Shown here: positions 20,830 through 33,233 of the stretch, in pieces
Layout of the letters: each line of letters opens with the position of its first letter
Numbering within the stretch: the first letter of the stretch is position 1
Assembly: GCA_963766505.1 (NCBI GenBank)
Contig: CAVYAL010000004.1
Coordinates: 38,733 to 102,732, forward strand
From: an uncultured Gammaproteobacteria bacterium
Lineage (GTDB): Bacteria > Pseudomonadota > Gammaproteobacteria > Steroidobacterales > Steroidobacteraceae
Length of the DNA: 64,000 nucleotides
Reading direction: 5' to 3'
Made by a program: the position numbers and the translations under genes
The notes under the pieces: model-generated
Database searches by the model: none
Seen by the model: only the letters and a program-made list of their open reading frames with translations
Told to the model about the DNA's origin: nothing

Positions 20830-21948
20830 TCAGCTGCGTCGCCGGTCTCTCAGGATCCGCAGCATCCTGCGCAGCGGCTCCGCGGCGCCCCACAACAGCT
20901 GGTCGCCGACCGTGAAGGCCTCGATGTACTCGCCGCCCATCGCCAGCTTGCGAACCCGGCCGACTGGAATCTCGAGGCTGCCGCTGACGCTTGCCGGCGA
21001 GAGTTGCCGTATCGATGCGTCGCGCGTGTTCGGCACCAGCCGGACCCATTCGTTGCCGCACGAGATCAGCGACTCGATCTCGGCGAGCGGCAGGTCCTGC
21101 CGCAGCTTGATCGTCATCGCCTGGCTGTGGCAGCGCATCGCCCCCACCCGCACGCAGATCCCCTCGACCGGGATCGGGTTCGCGGCCCGCCCGAGGATCT
21201 TGTTGGTCTCCGCAAGTCCTTTCCATTCCTCGCGGCTCTGTCCGTTGCCGAGGTCCTTGTCGATCCAGGGGATCAGGCTCCCGGCCAGCGGCACGCCGAA
21301 GTTCGCCGCAGGCAGTTCCGCGCTGCGCAGCGCTTCGGTTACGGCCCGGTCGACGTCGAGTATCGCGCTCGAGGGATCGGCGAGCAGCCTGCCGGCCGCC
21401 GCATGCAGCGCACCCATCTGCTCGACGAGTTCGCGCATGTTCTGTGCGCCGGCGCCGGAGGCCGCCTGGTAGGTCATCGACGTGATCCATTCGACCAGGT
21501 CGGCCTGCAGCAGCCCGCCGAGCGCCATCAGCATCAGTGACACCGTGCAGTTTCCGCCGACGTAGTCGCGCAGCCCGGCGGCGAGGCCCGCATCGATCAC
21601 GTCACGGTTGACCGGATCGAGAACGATCACCGCGTCGTCGCGCATCCTGAGCGCGGAGGCGGCATCAATCCAGTAGCCTTGCCAGCCGCTCTCGCGCAGG
21701 CGCGGGTGTATCGCGTTCGTGTAGTCGCCGCCCTGGCAGGTGACGATGACCTCGCAAGCGGCCAGAGCGCGCAGGTCCCCGGCATCGAGCACGGTACCGG
21801 CGGATCCGCCCAGCCGGGGCGCGGCGCCGCCGGCCTGCGAGGTGCTGAAGAACAGCGCTTCGAGACCATCGAAGTCGCCTTCCTCGCGCATGCGCTGCAT
21901 CAGCACCGAGCCGACCATGCCACGCCAGCCTACGAACCCTGCCTTCAT
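20830..21948 (-). CDS. asd: Aspartate-semialdehyde dehydrogenase
   Basis: [20 protein letters not shown]..., [16 protein letters not shown], full-length E. coli-type Asd. Confidence 0.95.
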   Translation of the reverse strand: MKAGFVGWRGMVGSVLMQRMREEGDFDGLEALFFSTSQAGGAAPRLGGSAGTVLDAGDLRALAACEVIVTCQGGDYTNAIHPRLRESGWQGYWIDAASALRMRDDAVIVLDPVNRDVIDAGLAAGLRDYVGGNCTVSLMLMALGGLLQADLVEWITSMTYQAASGAGAQNMRELVEQMGALHAAAGRLLADPSSAILDVDRAVTEALRSAELPAANFGVPLAGSLIPWIDKDLGNGQSREEWKGLAETNKILGRAANPIPVEGICVRVGAMRCHSQAMTIKLRQDLPLAEIESLISCGNEWVRLVPNTRDASIRQLSPASVSGSLEIPVGRVRKLAMGGEYIEAFTVGDQLLWGAAEPLRRMLRILRDRRRS

Positions 21949-21967
21949 GCCGCCTGCCCTCGCGCTG

Positions 21968-24562
21968 CTAGAGCATCACTTCCCGCGCCGGTTCGCGCAG
22001 GTTGTACCACGAACTCATCGCATGACCGTAAGCCCCGGCATTCGCCACCAGCAGCACGTCGCCCTCGGTCGTCGGCGGCAGCAGGCGTTCGTGGCCCAGG
22101 TGGTCCGCCGACTCGCAGATCGGACCGACCACGTTGTAGAGCTCGGTGCCGGGCTCATCGATGCGGCTCAGGTTGACGATGTCGTGGTGCGCCCCGTACA
22201 GCGCAGGCCGTATCAGCGAATTCATCCCGGTCGTCACGCCGACGTACTGCACCGTGCCTTTGCCCTTGAGCTGGGTGACCTCGGCAACCAGCACGCCGGC
22301 CTGCGCCACCAGGTAACGTCCCGGCTCGAGCCACCAGGCGAGCTGCGGCCAGCGGGCCCGCAGGTCGTCGAGCGTCGATTGCAGCGCGGCGAGGTCGAAC
22401 GGCGCCTGTCCGGGTTTTTCCGGGACGCCGAGCCCGCCGCCGAGGTCCACGAACCGCACGCCGCCGAAGCGCTCCGTGAGCCCGCCGAGCAGGTGTCCGA
22501 CCTCGAGCCAGTTGCGCACGTCGAACACGCCGCTGCCCGTGTGGGCATGCAGTCCGACCACCCGTGCCCCGGCCGAGGAGACGAGCTTCTCGAGCTCATC
22601 GAGCTCGAACAGCGGTATGCCGAACTTCGAATGCACGCCGGCGGTCCGGACATGGTCGTGATGACCCCGCCCGTAGCCGGTGTCGATTCGCAGGAACACG
22701 TCGCGGCCGCGGAACAGCGAGCCCCAATGCCGCAGAGGATGCAGGTTGTCGAGCGTGATCCAGACGTCCTGGCCGAGCGCCCACTCGTACTCCTCGCGTG
22801 GCGCGAAGTTCGGTGTGAACAGGATTCGCGTCCGGTCGATGTCCGGCACCACCTGCAGCACGCGCTCGATCTCGCCGCGCGACACGCAGTCGAAGGACAG
22901 TCCCTTGCCGGCGAACTTCGCAATCACCTCTGGATGGGGATTGGCCTTGACCGCGTACAGGATGCGCTCGACCCCGCGCAGTCCCAGCAAGGCGTCGGCC
23001 GAGCGCGCGAGCGTAGCGCCGTCGTAGACGTAGGCGCAGCCCTGCTGCTGCGCGATGCGCCGCAGCTCCTCGCCGCGATTCCTCCACCAGGGCGGGGGCC
23101 CGAGCGTCTCGGTGCCGTCGCCGTGGATCTGCTCCCAGGTGAGACCGAGGACCCGGTCCGACGGCACGTGCCGGATCATCAGCTCGTGCAGTCGCTGGAC
23201 CAGCCGGTCACCCTGCTCCTCGTCCACGACGAAGGTGATGTTGAGGTCATTCGCAGCCTGGGTGACGAGGTAGATCTTCTGTTCCTCGAACAGTGCCAGT
23301 GCATCTCCGAGCTGGTGCAGCGTCGCGCGGATGTTCCGGCCCACCAGGCTCACGGCAGCACAGGGACCGATCACCTCGACGCGACAGATCCGCGAGAGCT
23401 CGCCGATCAGCCCCTCGATCGTCCGGCTGTCGAGTGCGTTGGCCGCAGGGTCGAGCGACACGGTCACGTTGGTCTCGGAGGTGGATACCAGGTCCACCGA
23501 CAGTCCGCGCCGCTTGAACACGGCAAAGGCGTCCGCGAGGAATCCCACCTGGTGCCACATGCCGAGCGTTTCCATGGTCACGAGCGTGATGCCCTTCTTC
23601 GTCGTGACCGCCTTGACCCTCGCGCCACCGTCGCCGCCGGTCGCGGTGATGACGGTGCCCGCGAGATCCGGCATCTGCGTCGCATGGATCGACAGCGGAA
23701 TGGCGTATTGCTTCACGGGCAGGATGCAGCGCGGATGCAGCACCTTGGCACCGCTGCTCGCGATCTCCTGCGCCTCGTCATAGTCCAGCGACTTCAGCAG
23801 CCGCGAGTTGGGCACCGTGCGGGGGTTCGCGGTGAACATCCCCGGCACGTCGGTCCAGATCTCGAGCCGACGCGCCGAGAGCTTGGCGGCCAGGTAACTG
23901 GCCGAGGTGTCGGAGCCACCCCGCCCGAGCAGTATCGTGTCGCCCTGCTCGTTGCTCGCGATGAACCCTTGCGTGACGAAGACCCGGCCGGTCCGGGCCA
24001 GGCTGCGCTGCAGCGCCGGATCGGGCTCGAAGCCACAGGCCGCCGCAAGGTAGCTCGCGCGCTCCGAGGCGCCCTGCCGCGCATCGGCATGCAGGATCTT
24101 GCGGGCGTCGAGCCAGTGAGGGTCGAGGCCCTCCCCTTGCAGGAACGCGGCGCCCAGCCGGGTCGCCATCAGCTCGCCGGTCGCCATCACCCTGGCACGC
24201 AGGCGATCGCTCACCTCGCCGATCAGCTGGATCCCGGCCGCCGTACGCCGCAACTCGGAGAAATGACGTTCGAGTTCCCCGAGATCGGACACGGCGAGGT
24301 CGCGCGCGAGATCGCGGTGGCGCTGCTCGATCTGCGCCATGACCGGCTCCCAGTCACCGCTCAGCGCCTTGTCGAGCAGCTGCTCGAGACGGTCGGTGAT
24401 TCCGGAGAGCGCCGAGTGCACCAGTACAGTGCGCATACCGTCGTTCAGGCGTGCCCTGACGACCGACGAGATGCTCCGCCAGTTGCTGACGCTGGACACG
24501 CTCGTGCCGCCGAACTTCAGCACGACCCACGGGGAATCGGGATTGCTAGCCATTGAATTCAT
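21968..24562 (-). CDS. Bifunctional aspartate kinase / diaminopimelate decarboxylase
   Basis: The N-terminal half is aspartokinase ([28 protein letters not shown] region). The C-terminal half is a PLP decarboxylase ([27 protein letters not shown]). 864 aa in a single frame. Confidence 0.9.
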   Translation of the reverse strand: MNSMASNPDSPWVVLKFGGTSVSSVSNWRSISSVVRARLNDGMRTVLVHSALSGITDRLEQLLDKALSGDWEPVMAQIEQRHRDLARDLAVSDLGELERHFSELRRTAAGIQLIGEVSDRLRARVMATGELMATRLGAAFLQGEGLDPHWLDARKILHADARQGASERASYLAAACGFEPDPALQRSLARTGRVFVTQGFIASNEQGDTILLGRGGSDTSASYLAAKLSARRLEIWTDVPGMFTANPRTVPNSRLLKSLDYDEAQEIASSGAKVLHPRCILPVKQYAIPLSIHATQMPDLAGTVITATGGDGGARVKAVTTKKGITLVTMETLGMWHQVGFLADAFAVFKRRGLSVDLVSTSETNVTVSLDPAANALDSRTIEGLIGELSRICRVEVIGPCAAVSLVGRNIRATLHQLGDALALFEEQKIYLVTQAANDLNITFVVDEEQGDRLVQRLHELMIRHVPSDRVLGLTWEQIHGDGTETLGPPPWWRNRGEELRRIAQQQGCAYVYDGATLARSADALLGLRGVERILYAVKANPHPEVIAKFAGKGLSFDCVSRGEIERVLQVVPDIDRTRILFTPNFAPREEYEWALGQDVWITLDNLHPLRHWGSLFRGRDVFLRIDTGYGRGHHDHVRTAGVHSKFGIPLFELDELEKLVSSAGARVVGLHAHTGSGVFDVRNWLEVGHLLGGLTERFGGVRFVDLGGGLGVPEKPGQAPFDLAALQSTLDDLRARWPQLAWWLEPGRYLVAQAGVLVAEVTQLKGKGTVQYVGVTTGMNSLIRPALYGAHHDIVNLSRIDEPGTELYNVVGPICESADHLGHERLLPPTTEGDVLLVANAGAYGHAMSSWYNLREPAREVML

Positions 24563-24679
24563 CCGCTTGCGACGCAGCGAGCCGGCGGCGTCTTAACTGG
24601 CAATGGACCCTGACTTCGAACGAGCGCCGCGACCGGCGCCGATGCACGGCCTGTCAGGAACGACCGGACGCCCGAAGAC

Positions 24680-24889
24680 TCAAGTGTCCTCGAAGTAATC
24701 CTGCAGCTGCTTGCGCAGGCGCCGCTCGGCAAGCACGTCCTCGAGCTTGCTCCAGGCCGCCTTGCCGCGCTTGGTCACCTGCTGCGGCTTTCGGCGATCC
24801 ACCCGGTCGATGAAGCGGTCGAAATCTTCCTCTTCCGCCTGGACGGTGAAGTCGCCGTCGAGATCGAATTGTTCCTCGTCTCTTTCCAT
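24680..24889 (-). CDS. Small highly charged protein (69 aa), function unknown
   Basis: Acidic N-terminus (MERDEEQFDLDGDF...EEEDFDRF) and basic C-terminal half (RRKPQQVTKRGKAAWSKLEDVLAERRLRKQLQDYFEDT). G/C-rich third codon positions and its own promoter. Confidence 0.55.
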   Translation of the reverse strand: MERDEEQFDLDGDFTVQAEEEDFDRFIDRVDRRKPQQVTKRGKAAWSKLEDVLAERRLRKQLQDYFEDT

Positions 24890-24955
24890 TTAGCAGCCCT
24901 GAGAAAACCCAGAGATTTCAAGGCGCTGACGAATTTGCCAGGCGCAAGGCTGCGA

Positions 24956-24983
24956 ACTATATCTGAACCGCCGGCCATCTCAA
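24956..24983 (-). promoter_or_regulatory. Putative sigma70 promoter for the 69-aa ORF
   Basis: Minus strand TTGAGA-N16-TATAGT, about 65 nt upstream of the ATG at 24889. Confidence 0.4.
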
Positions 24984-25109
24984 CATTTCTTTGCTGCACC
25001 GCCGCGCCAGCCCGGCTTCCCGACCGGCCGCTTGGCGTCCTGATTCGAGCACGGCGAGCCGTGGCAGATTCTTCGCGGTTTTTATTCTTTATTAATTAAT
25101 GCTTTACAG

Positions 25110-26015
25110 CTATTTCTGAACAATGTTGACAGGTGCTCCACGGTCCAGACCCAGCCCTTCGGCTGCGCTTCGCTCCGCGCGGGCAATCTCGACGACGCCA
25201 AAGGAATTGACCAGTGCCAGATAGTCGCCGGGGCGTGCGTCCGAGTAGGTCCGCCTGAGCGGCAACTCGTGTCCCCCGGCACGCACGACCGGGTTCGAGA
25301 CCTGCGCGAGCAGCTCGCGGTCGATGTTCGTCAGCAGGTTGCCGAAGTGATCGACGGTGACGACCACGCCGGAGATGCCACCTGGACCCGCTACCGGATC
25401 GTCGAGCCATCCCGGGATCAGCTCGGCCACGACCGGTCCGAGCTCGTCGGCAGCCAGCCGCCCTGCCGCGATTTCGGCTGCCAGCGGCGCGAATACGTCA
25501 CGGCCGTGAAAGGTAGCGCTCGGCCGCGATGCGCCGACGCGTTCGAGCACGGTCGCGTCCACGTGTCGCAGCACGCATTGATCGGCCCTCGCGACGACGG
25601 TGGCCAGCAGCCCGTTGTCCGGCGCAAGGAACAGGTGGCCGTCGGCCTCGACCGCGGCGAATTGCCGCGAGCTTCCGACGCCGGGGTCCACTACGGCCAC
25701 GTGCACCGTGCCCGCGGGGAAATAAGCGTAACAACGCGCCAGCCAGAAACCGGCCTCCGCTGGCCAGTGCGCGCGGATCTCGTGCGTCAGGTCCACGATC
25801 CGCAGCTGCGGAAATCTGCCCAGCATGCGGCCCTTCATCACGCCGACGAACGGGTCATGAGTTCCGAAGTCGGTCGTCAGCGTGACCAGACCGCATGCGG
25901 AGAAATCAGCTGCAGGCGGGCTCGTGCTCACGGCAACTCCGGCGCAGGGGGCATCCGGGAAGGTTAAACTCACGATGGCAGCATCGTCACGCTCCGCGAA
26001 GCTGCCCGAGCACAA
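25110..26015 (-). CDS. SAM hydroxide adenosyltransferase / SAM hydrolase family (DUF62, chlorinase-fluorinase-like)
   Basis: LVTLTTDFGTHDPFVGVMKG, VHVAVVDPGVGS, LAPDNGLL, FHGRDVFAPLAA. The true start may be GTG at 25931, which has a GGAG 5 nt upstream. Confidence 0.75.
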   Translation of the reverse strand: MCSGSFAERDDAAIVSLTFPDAPCAGVAVSTSPPAADFSACGLVTLTTDFGTHDPFVGVMKGRMLGRFPQLRIVDLTHEIRAHWPAEAGFWLARCYAYFPAGTVHVAVVDPGVGSSRQFAAVEADGHLFLAPDNGLLATVVARADQCVLRHVDATVLERVGASRPSATFHGRDVFAPLAAEIAAGRLAADELGPVVAELIPGWLDDPVAGPGGISGVVVTVDHFGNLLTNIDRELLAQVSNPVVRAGGHELPLRRTYSDARPGDYLALVNSFGVVEIARAERSAAEGLGLDRGAPVNIVQK

Positions 26016-26029
26016 CGCCCGCCCCGCCG

Positions 26030-26701
26030 ATGCCCTACGTATATCTCGTCAGACATGCCCAGCCCGATTTCGCGGGCGACTACGACTCCATCACGGAGCT
26101 CGGCCGCCGGCAGTCCGAGTGGCTGGGCGAGCATTTCCGGCAGCGCGGCCTGCATTTCGAGCGCACGTTCTGCGGCAGCCTTCGCCGCCAGGTGGATACG
26201 CTGGCCGGCATCGCCGGTGCGCTCGGCTCATCGGTCACGCCTCAGGTCGATCCGCGGCTCAACGAGTACGACGCGACCGCGCTGATCCGCAACTTCTCCG
26301 CAGCAACCGACCAGGCGCTGCGGGCCGCCGGGGACCGCCGGGCGTACTTCGCCGCCGTCCGCGAGGCCCTGCTCGGCTGGGCTTCCGCCGGGACGTCCGA
26401 CGGACGCAGCGAATCCTGGTCGGAATTCGGTGCAAGGGCGCGCGCTGCACTCGCGGACGCCTGCCATGGCCTCGGCAGCGACTCGCCAGTGCTCGTGGTC
26501 AGCTCCGGGGGAATCATCGGGCGGCTGGTCGCGGACACGCTCGGCGCCGGCGCCGACTCTGCGATACAGCTCAACCTGCAGACGCGCAACACCGGCATCA
26601 CCGAGATCGCGGTCGGACGCTCCGCCTCACGCGTGGTGAGTTTCAATGCGGTGCCGCACCTCGAGCGCCCGGATCGGGCTGCTGCGATCACGCACTCCTG
26701 A
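26030..26701 (+). CDS. Histidine phosphatase family protein (phosphoglycerate mutase-like)
   Basis: MPYVYLVRHAQPDF... contains the RHG-type catalytic motif. 223 aa. Divergent from the DUF62 gene. Confidence 0.7.
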   Translation: MPYVYLVRHAQPDFAGDYDSITELGRRQSEWLGEHFRQRGLHFERTFCGSLRRQVDTLAGIAGALGSSVTPQVDPRLNEYDATALIRNFSAATDQALRAAGDRRAYFAAVREALLGWASAGTSDGRSESWSEFGARARAALADACHGLGSDSPVLVVSSGGIIGRLVADTLGAGADSAIQLNLQTRNTGITEIAVGRSASRVVSFNAVPHLERPDRAAAITHS

Positions 26702-26719
26702 GCCGGCGAATACCGTGGC

Positions 26720-27658
26720 TCAGATCCGCCCGACCAGTGCGGCGAGGCTCCGCGTATCGATGCCACGGGCTTTCTGGGCGATCGCTTCCGCATAGCCAGG
26801 AGCCAGCCCGCGCGCCTCGGCCAGCAGGTCTGCGAAAGCGGTCTTCAGCGACTGCGCGTCCATGTTCCGGCCGCCCGCGTAGTAGCGCTGCGCGATCCGG
26901 CCGATTGCATAGGTGGTGGCAAAGCTCATGCCGGAGCTCGCCGCCTGGCGGCCCACGGCCCGGCCCAGGCCGCCGCCGAGTCCGCCCAGCACGCCGCCCA
27001 GCAGCTTTCGACCGAATTGCTCGACATACTGGGACGTCAGTCCTGCGCCGAGCGTGGCGATGAAGTCCCGCGCATGGCTGCGGTCCATCTCGTATCCATA
27101 GGACCGTCCGATCCGGTACACCAGTCGCATCTGCAGCGGGATGATCGCCAGCGAGGCCATCGTCTCCGGGAGCAACTCCAGCGCGGCATTGGTGACCGAC
27201 GCGTTCATGATCAGCTGGTCGAGCTCTTCGCGAGACAGCGTGCCACGCCCCATTACGGTGCCGGTCGCCGCAGGCGCCGTGGCGGCCGCGGCCACCTCGT
27301 CGGCCTCGCGGTTCAACTCCTGCGCCGAGGCCAGCGGCAACTCGAGCGCCGCAGCCAGCTCGGAAAGAAAGCCAGACTCGCTCGCAAGCCTTGCGCCGTC
27401 GGCCTCTACGACGCCTACGGCCATTTCATACGCCAGTCGCCGCATCCCCGGCTCGGGCAAGGCAGCGGCGAGCCGCGCGAGGTCAGGCTTGGACAGCAGC
27501 ACTTCCCGGTAAAGGCCGGGCAGGTCGACACTGGTCTCGGTGCCCAGCGCTTCAGCGACCCGCTTCACGGCCTCGCGCTCGCGGTCGTCCTTCATTCCGT
27601 CGGCGAAGGCAGCGAGCAGTGCGATCTGCAGGATGGACCTGGACTGTTCGGGCGTCAT
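26720..27658 (-). CDS. TerB-like N-terminal domain protein with a Gly-rich C-terminal half (DUF697-like?)
   Basis: The N-terminus ILQIALLAAFADGMKDDREREAVKRV...LAYEMAVGVVEADG resembles TerB/DjlA-N repeats. The C-terminus LAIIPLQMRLVYRIGRSYGYEMD...GGVLGGLGGGLGRAVG resembles DUF697. The start is set at MTPEQ (27658) because the longer ORF runs into tRNA-Pro. Confidence 0.5.
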   Translation of the reverse strand: MTPEQSRSILQIALLAAFADGMKDDREREAVKRVAEALGTETSVDLPGLYREVLLSKPDLARLAAALPEPGMRRLAYEMAVGVVEADGARLASESGFLSELAAALELPLASAQELNREADEVAAAATAPAATGTVMGRGTLSREELDQLIMNASVTNAALELLPETMASLAIIPLQMRLVYRIGRSYGYEMDRSHARDFIATLGAGLTSQYVEQFGRKLLGGVLGGLGGGLGRAVGRQAASSGMSFATTYAIGRIAQRYYAGGRNMDAQSLKTAFADLLAEARGLAPGYAEAIAQKARGIDTRSLAALVGRI

Positions 27659-27706
27659 TGAGATCGGGCTCCTGGGGTTACGGGCCAGCGGCAACCCGTC
27701 GGGAAC

Positions 27707-27783
27707 TGGTCGGAGCGCCGAGATTCGAACTCGGGACCCCTTGCACCCCATGCAAGTGCGCTACCAGACTGCGCCACGCTCCG
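27707..27783 (-). tRNA. tRNA-Pro (anticodon GGG), CCA encoded
   Basis: CGGAGCG-tg-GCGC-agtctggta-GCGC-a-CTTGC-atGGGgt-GCAAG-gggtc-CCGAG-ttcgaat-CTCGG-CGCTCCG-a-CCA folds as a cloverleaf. A TATAAT box lies 10 nt upstream (27794-27799). Confidence 0.9.
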
Positions 27784-27896
27784 ACCGGCGGCGATTATAG
27801 CGGATCGTGGACCACGGGTAGCGGATAGTGCACTTCGTCACTGCGTGCCACCGCAAGCGCCTGATTGGTCCGCTGCCCGGTTGACCGCGAGCCGCG

Positions 27897-28253
27897 TCAG
27901 CGCCGCAGGATCTTCAGCAGTTCCTCGAGCTCCGTGCGCATCTGCCGCACCAGCTGCTGGGACTGGGTCACGTCCTCGCGGGCTTCCTGGCCGTCGAGCC
28001 GGTTACGTGCTCCGCCGATCGTGAAACCCTGGTCGTAGAGCAGCGCCCGGATCTGGCGAATCACCAGCACGTCCTGCCGCTGGTAGTAGCGGCGGTTGCC
28101 GCGACGCTTGACGGGCTTGAGTTGCGGGAATTCCTGTTCCCAGTAGCGCAGCACGTGTGGCTTGACGCCGCACAGTTCGCTGACTTCGCCGATCGTGAAG
28201 TAACGCTTGCCGGGAATTGCCGGCAGTTCGTCGTTATTGCCCGGTTCCAGCAT
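27897..28253 (-). CDS. MerR family transcriptional regulator
   Basis: [28 protein letters not shown]...[19 protein letters not shown]. Overlaps the ihfA 3' end by 20 nt. Confidence 0.8.
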   Translation of the reverse strand: MLEPGNNDELPAIPGKRYFTIGEVSELCGVKPHVLRYWEQEFPQLKPVKRRGNRRYYQRQDVLVIRQIRALLYDQGFTIGGARNRLDGQEAREDVTQSQQLVRQMRTELEELLKILRR

Positions 28254-28533
28254 AGGCCTCCACCCGAGTCTTGAGCTTCTGGCCAGGGCGGAACGTCACG
28301 ACGCGGCGCGCGCTGATCGGGATTTCCTCACCGGTCTTGGGATTGCGGCCCGGACGCTGGTTTTTCTGACGAAGGTCGAAGTTCCCGAATCCCGAGAGCT
28401 TCACCTGCTCGCCGTCCGCCAGCGACGCGCGCAATTGCTCGAAGAAGAGGTCCACGAGCTCGCGAGCCTCCCGCTTGTTGAGGCCCAGCTGGTCGAACAG
28501 CGCCTCCGCAATTTCAGCCTTGGTCAATGCCAT
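28234..28533 (-). CDS. ihfA: Integration host factor alpha subunit
   Basis: [27 protein letters not shown]...[41 protein letters not shown]. Confidence 0.95.
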   Translation of the reverse strand: MALTKAEIAEALFDQLGLNKREARELVDLFFEQLRASLADGEQVKLSGFGNFDLRQKNQRPGRNPKTGEEIPISARRVVTFRPGQKLKTRVEAYAGTGQ

Positions 28534-28534
28534 C

Positions 28535-30916
28535 TTATTTGTCTCGTATCGTGGCTTGGCACTCCCGTCCCAGGTCGGTTACGACCCGCGCCACGACGGC
28601 ATCTGATTCATCGTCGGTAAGGGTGCGCGAAACATCCTGCAAATTCAAGCCTATTGCGACGCTCTTGCAGCCGGGCTCGATACCTTGCCCGCGATAGATG
28701 TCGAACACGACGAGGTCCGTGAGCAGCCCACCCGCCGCCGCTCGAATGACCGCAAGAAGATCCGCGACCGGGACCGTCTCCGCAACGACGACCGCGAGGT
28801 CGCGCCGGACGGACGGAAAGCGCGAGATCTCGCGATAGTGCGGCAGGACCGCGGCCAGTGCTGAGCGAGTCTCAATCTCGAAAACGACCGCTGAATATGT
28901 CAATTCGAGTTCGCGCATCAGCTCCGGATGCAGGCGGCCGATCCAGCCCACGGCGCTGTCGCCGCGCAACACGCGTGCACTCTGGCCCGGATGCAGGGCC
29001 GGGTGCTGCGCCGGCGCAATGCGGAATTCCGCGGCAGCGCCAGTCATCTGCAGCACCGCTTCGAGGTCGGCGCGCAGGTCGAAGAAATCGCAGGCCCTGT
29101 CGTCGGCTCCCCATTGCTCCGGAAGGTCGGCGCCTCCGGCGATGGCCGCGATCACGGCCACCTCGTTGAGTTCCCCGTCGGAGACGACGAACTTGCTGCC
29201 GCACTCGAACAGGCGCACGCGCGCCTGCTGGCGACGCTGGTTCTCCCGCAGCGCCTGCGCCAGGCCCGGCCACAGCGACAAGCGCATCGTCGACAGGTCG
29301 GCCGCGATCGGATTTGCCAGTGCCAGTGCCGGCTGATCGCCGTGGAACATCCGCTGCAGCGCGGGATCGACGAAGCTGTAGGTGATGGCTTCGTGGTAAC
29401 CACGCTGCACCAGCACGTCGGCCGCGGCGTCCTCCGATACCCGCAGCTCGGTGAGCTCCGGCAGCGAGCGCCGCGCGAGTTCATCCGTCTCGGGCACTTG
29501 ATCGAATCCATGGATCCTGGCGACTTCCTCGATCAGGTCCTCCTCGATCTCGATGTCGAAACGCCAGCTGGGAGCCAGGACCTGGAAGCCCGCGTCCGTG
29601 GGCTGCGTCTGCATGCCGAGCGAGTCGAGGATCCCGCGTATCCCGGCATCCGCGATCGGTGCGCCGATGACGCTGCGAGCCCGGTCGGGACGTAATCGCA
29701 CGGTCCGCCGGCCGGGCAGCTCGTCCAGCAGCTCGGTCAGTTCCGTCGGTCCTGGCTCGCCGCCGGCCGCTTCGCAGAGCAGCCGCGTCGCGCGCTCGAT
29801 GGCGCGCTCCTGGAGCGTCGGGTCCACGCCCCGCTCGAATCGCTGCGACGCGTCGGTCACGAGCCCGTAGCGACGCCCGCGGCCGGCCACGGAGTCCGGG
29901 CTGAAGAACGCGACCTCGAGCAGCACGTCCGAGGTCTGCGGCCCGATCCCGGAATGCTCGCCGCCCATGATGCCGGCGAGCCCGATCGGCTTGCTCCGGT
30001 CAGCGATGACCATCACCGAGTCATCGAGCTCGATTTCGCGCCCGTCGAGCAGTACCAGGCTCTCGCCGGACTTCGCGCGTCGCACCACGATGGCGCGGTC
30101 CAGCTGTGCCAGGTCGTAGGCGTGCATCGGCTGGCCGAGTTCCAGCATCACGTAGTTGGTGACGTCCACGACCGCATTGATCGGTCGCAGGCCAGCCCGG
30201 CGCAGTCTCTCCTGCATCCAGAGCGGCGATACCGCGTCCGGCCGGACGCCGCGGATCACCCTGGAGGCGAACCTGGCACATCCGGCCCCTGGTTCGAGCT
30301 CGACCTCGAAACGGTCCTGCACGCGTGGCGACACGCTGCCCGCTCCCGGCGAGAGGAGCCCGACGCCGGTCAATGCCGCCACCTCGCGAGCCACGCCGAG
30401 CATGCTCATGCAATCGCCGCGATTCGGCGTAAGGTTCACGTCGAGAATCTTGTCGTCCAGGGCCAGCGCGTCGGCGAGCGCCTGACCGGTCTCCAGCTGC
30501 CCGGGCAGCTCCATCAGGCCGCTCGCGTCCTCGTAGAGAGCGAGCTCGCGCGCAGAGCAGAGCATCCCGTGTGATTCGACTCCCCGGAGCCTGGCCCTGC
30601 TGATCTGCAGGCCGCCCGGAAGCCGCGCGCCGATCTTCGCCAGCGGCGCCTTGAGCCCGGGCCTGGCATTTGGCGCGCCGCAGACGATCTGCAGCGCTTC
30701 GCCACCTCCGGAGCCGACGCTGCAGATCTGCAGTGAATCCGCGTCTGGATGCCGCTCGCAGCTCAGTATCTCGCCGACCACGACGCCGTCCAGCGGCGGC
30801 GCCGCCGGCTCGACCGCCTCGATCTCGAGGCCCGCCATCGTCAGCCGCGCCGCCAGTTCCTCCGCCGGCGGCACCGCGGTCAGCCATTCACGCAGCCAGG
30901 CAACACTCACCCGCAT
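28535..30916 (-). CDS. pheT: Phenylalanine--tRNA ligase beta subunit
   Basis: [12 protein letters not shown]...tRNA-binding, B3/4, B5 and FDX-ACB domains, about 793 aa. The start is at the internal ATG because the upstream ORF extension overlaps pheS. Confidence 0.95.
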   Translation of the reverse strand: MRVSVAWLREWLTAVPPAEELAARLTMAGLEIEAVEPAAPPLDGVVVGEILSCERHPDADSLQICSVGSGGGEALQIVCGAPNARPGLKAPLAKIGARLPGGLQISRARLRGVESHGMLCSARELALYEDASGLMELPGQLETGQALADALALDDKILDVNLTPNRGDCMSMLGVAREVAALTGVGLLSPGAGSVSPRVQDRFEVELEPGAGCARFASRVIRGVRPDAVSPLWMQERLRRAGLRPINAVVDVTNYVMLELGQPMHAYDLAQLDRAIVVRRAKSGESLVLLDGREIELDDSVMVIADRSKPIGLAGIMGGEHSGIGPQTSDVLLEVAFFSPDSVAGRGRRYGLVTDASQRFERGVDPTLQERAIERATRLLCEAAGGEPGPTELTELLDELPGRRTVRLRPDRARSVIGAPIADAGIRGILDSLGMQTQPTDAGFQVLAPSWRFDIEIEEDLIEEVARIHGFDQVPETDELARRSLPELTELRVSEDAAADVLVQRGYHEAITYSFVDPALQRMFHGDQPALALANPIAADLSTMRLSLWPGLAQALRENQRRQQARVRLFECGSKFVVSDGELNEVAVIAAIAGGADLPEQWGADDRACDFFDLRADLEAVLQMTGAAAEFRIAPAQHPALHPGQSARVLRGDSAVGWIGRLHPELMRELELTYSAVVFEIETRSALAAVLPHYREISRFPSVRRDLAVVVAETVPVADLLAVIRAAAGGLLTDLVVFDIYRGQGIEPGCKSVAIGLNLQDVSRTLTDDESDAVVARVVTDLGRECQATIRDK

Positions 30917-30933
30917 CGTTCGCTTCCCCCGAC

Positions 30934-32416
<1,483 letters not shown>

Positions 32417-32427
32417 GGGTCACCTCC

Positions 32428-32622
32428 TCAGGCGTAGGGCATCATCTGGGTGAGACGGCCGACATCCTGCTCGGCGACCAGCGTGCTGCCGCGCAGCTGG
32501 CGCTTACGCTTGCTGGTCTTCTTCGTCAGAATGTGTCGCCGGTTCGACTGGGCTCTCTTGAAGCCCTTGGCCGTCTTGCGAAAACGCTTCGCTGCGGCCC
32601 GGTTCGTCTTCAACTTGGGCAT
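32428..32622 (-). CDS. rpmI: 50S ribosomal protein L35
   Basis: [45 protein letters not shown]..., 64 aa at the C-terminal end of a longer spurious ORF. Confidence 0.95.
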   Translation of the reverse strand: MPKLKTNRAAAKRFRKTAKGFKRAQSNRRHILTKKTSKRKRQLRGSTLVAEQDVGRLTQMMPYA

Positions 32623-32705
32623 TTCATCAACTCCTGTTTGTGTGGCCCGTCTCCTCCGTTGCACAGTGCAGCGGATTCGGGGGCGAAGAACGTCTTTCGA
32701 CGCCC

Positions 32706-33230
32706 TTACTTCTTTTTCGGCCCGATCATCATGGTCATCTGCCGGCCTTCCATCGACGGATACTGCTCGACCACGCCGACTTCGGCGAGGTCCTGCTGCA
32801 GCCGTATCAATACCTGCCGGCCGATGTCCGTGTGGGCCATCTCTCGACCACGGAAACGCAAGGTCACCTTGGCCTTGTCCCCTTCCTCCAGAAAGCGGAT
32901 CAGGTTTCGCAACTTGATCTGGTAGTCGCCTTCGTCGGTTCCGGGACGAAACTTCACTTCCTTGATCTGTATCTGCTTCTGCTTCTTCTTCGCCGCGTGC
33001 GTCTTCTTGTTCTGCTCGAAGACGTACTTGCCGTAATCGATGATCCGGCAAACCGGCGGCTCGGCGGTGGGCGAAACCTCGACGAGATCGAGCGCCTGCT
33101 CGGCGGCGAGGTCAAGGGCCTCGCGCCGGCTCATCACGCCGATCTGGTTTCCGTCCGCGCCGATTACACGCACCTCGAGGGCGGTGATCTCGTCATTGCG
33201 CTTTATGCGCTTAGAAGCTGGAGCAGCGAT
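32706..33230 (-). CDS. infC: Translation initiation factor IF-3 (non-canonical start codon)
   Basis: ...[35 protein letters not shown]...[12 protein letters not shown].... The conserved N-terminus lies upstream of the first GTG (33173). The only in-frame candidates after the thrS stop are ATC 33230 and ATA 33206. Confidence 0.85.
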   Translation of the reverse strand: MAAPASKRIKRNDEITALEVRVIGADGNQIGVMSRREALDLAAEQALDLVEVSPTAEPPVCRIIDYGKYVFEQNKKTHAAKKKQKQIQIKEVKFRPGTDEGDYQIKLRNLIRFLEEGDKAKVTLRFRGREMAHTDIGRQVLIRLQQDLAEVGVVEQYPSMEGRQMTMMIGPKKK

Positions 33231-33233
33231 GCG

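Noticed and set aside
24563-24679. A lysine riboswitch (L-box) upstream of the aspartokinase/DAP decarboxylase fusion.
   Set aside because: The spacer is only 117 nt and lacks the conserved L-box core elements. A small protein gene lies immediately upstream.
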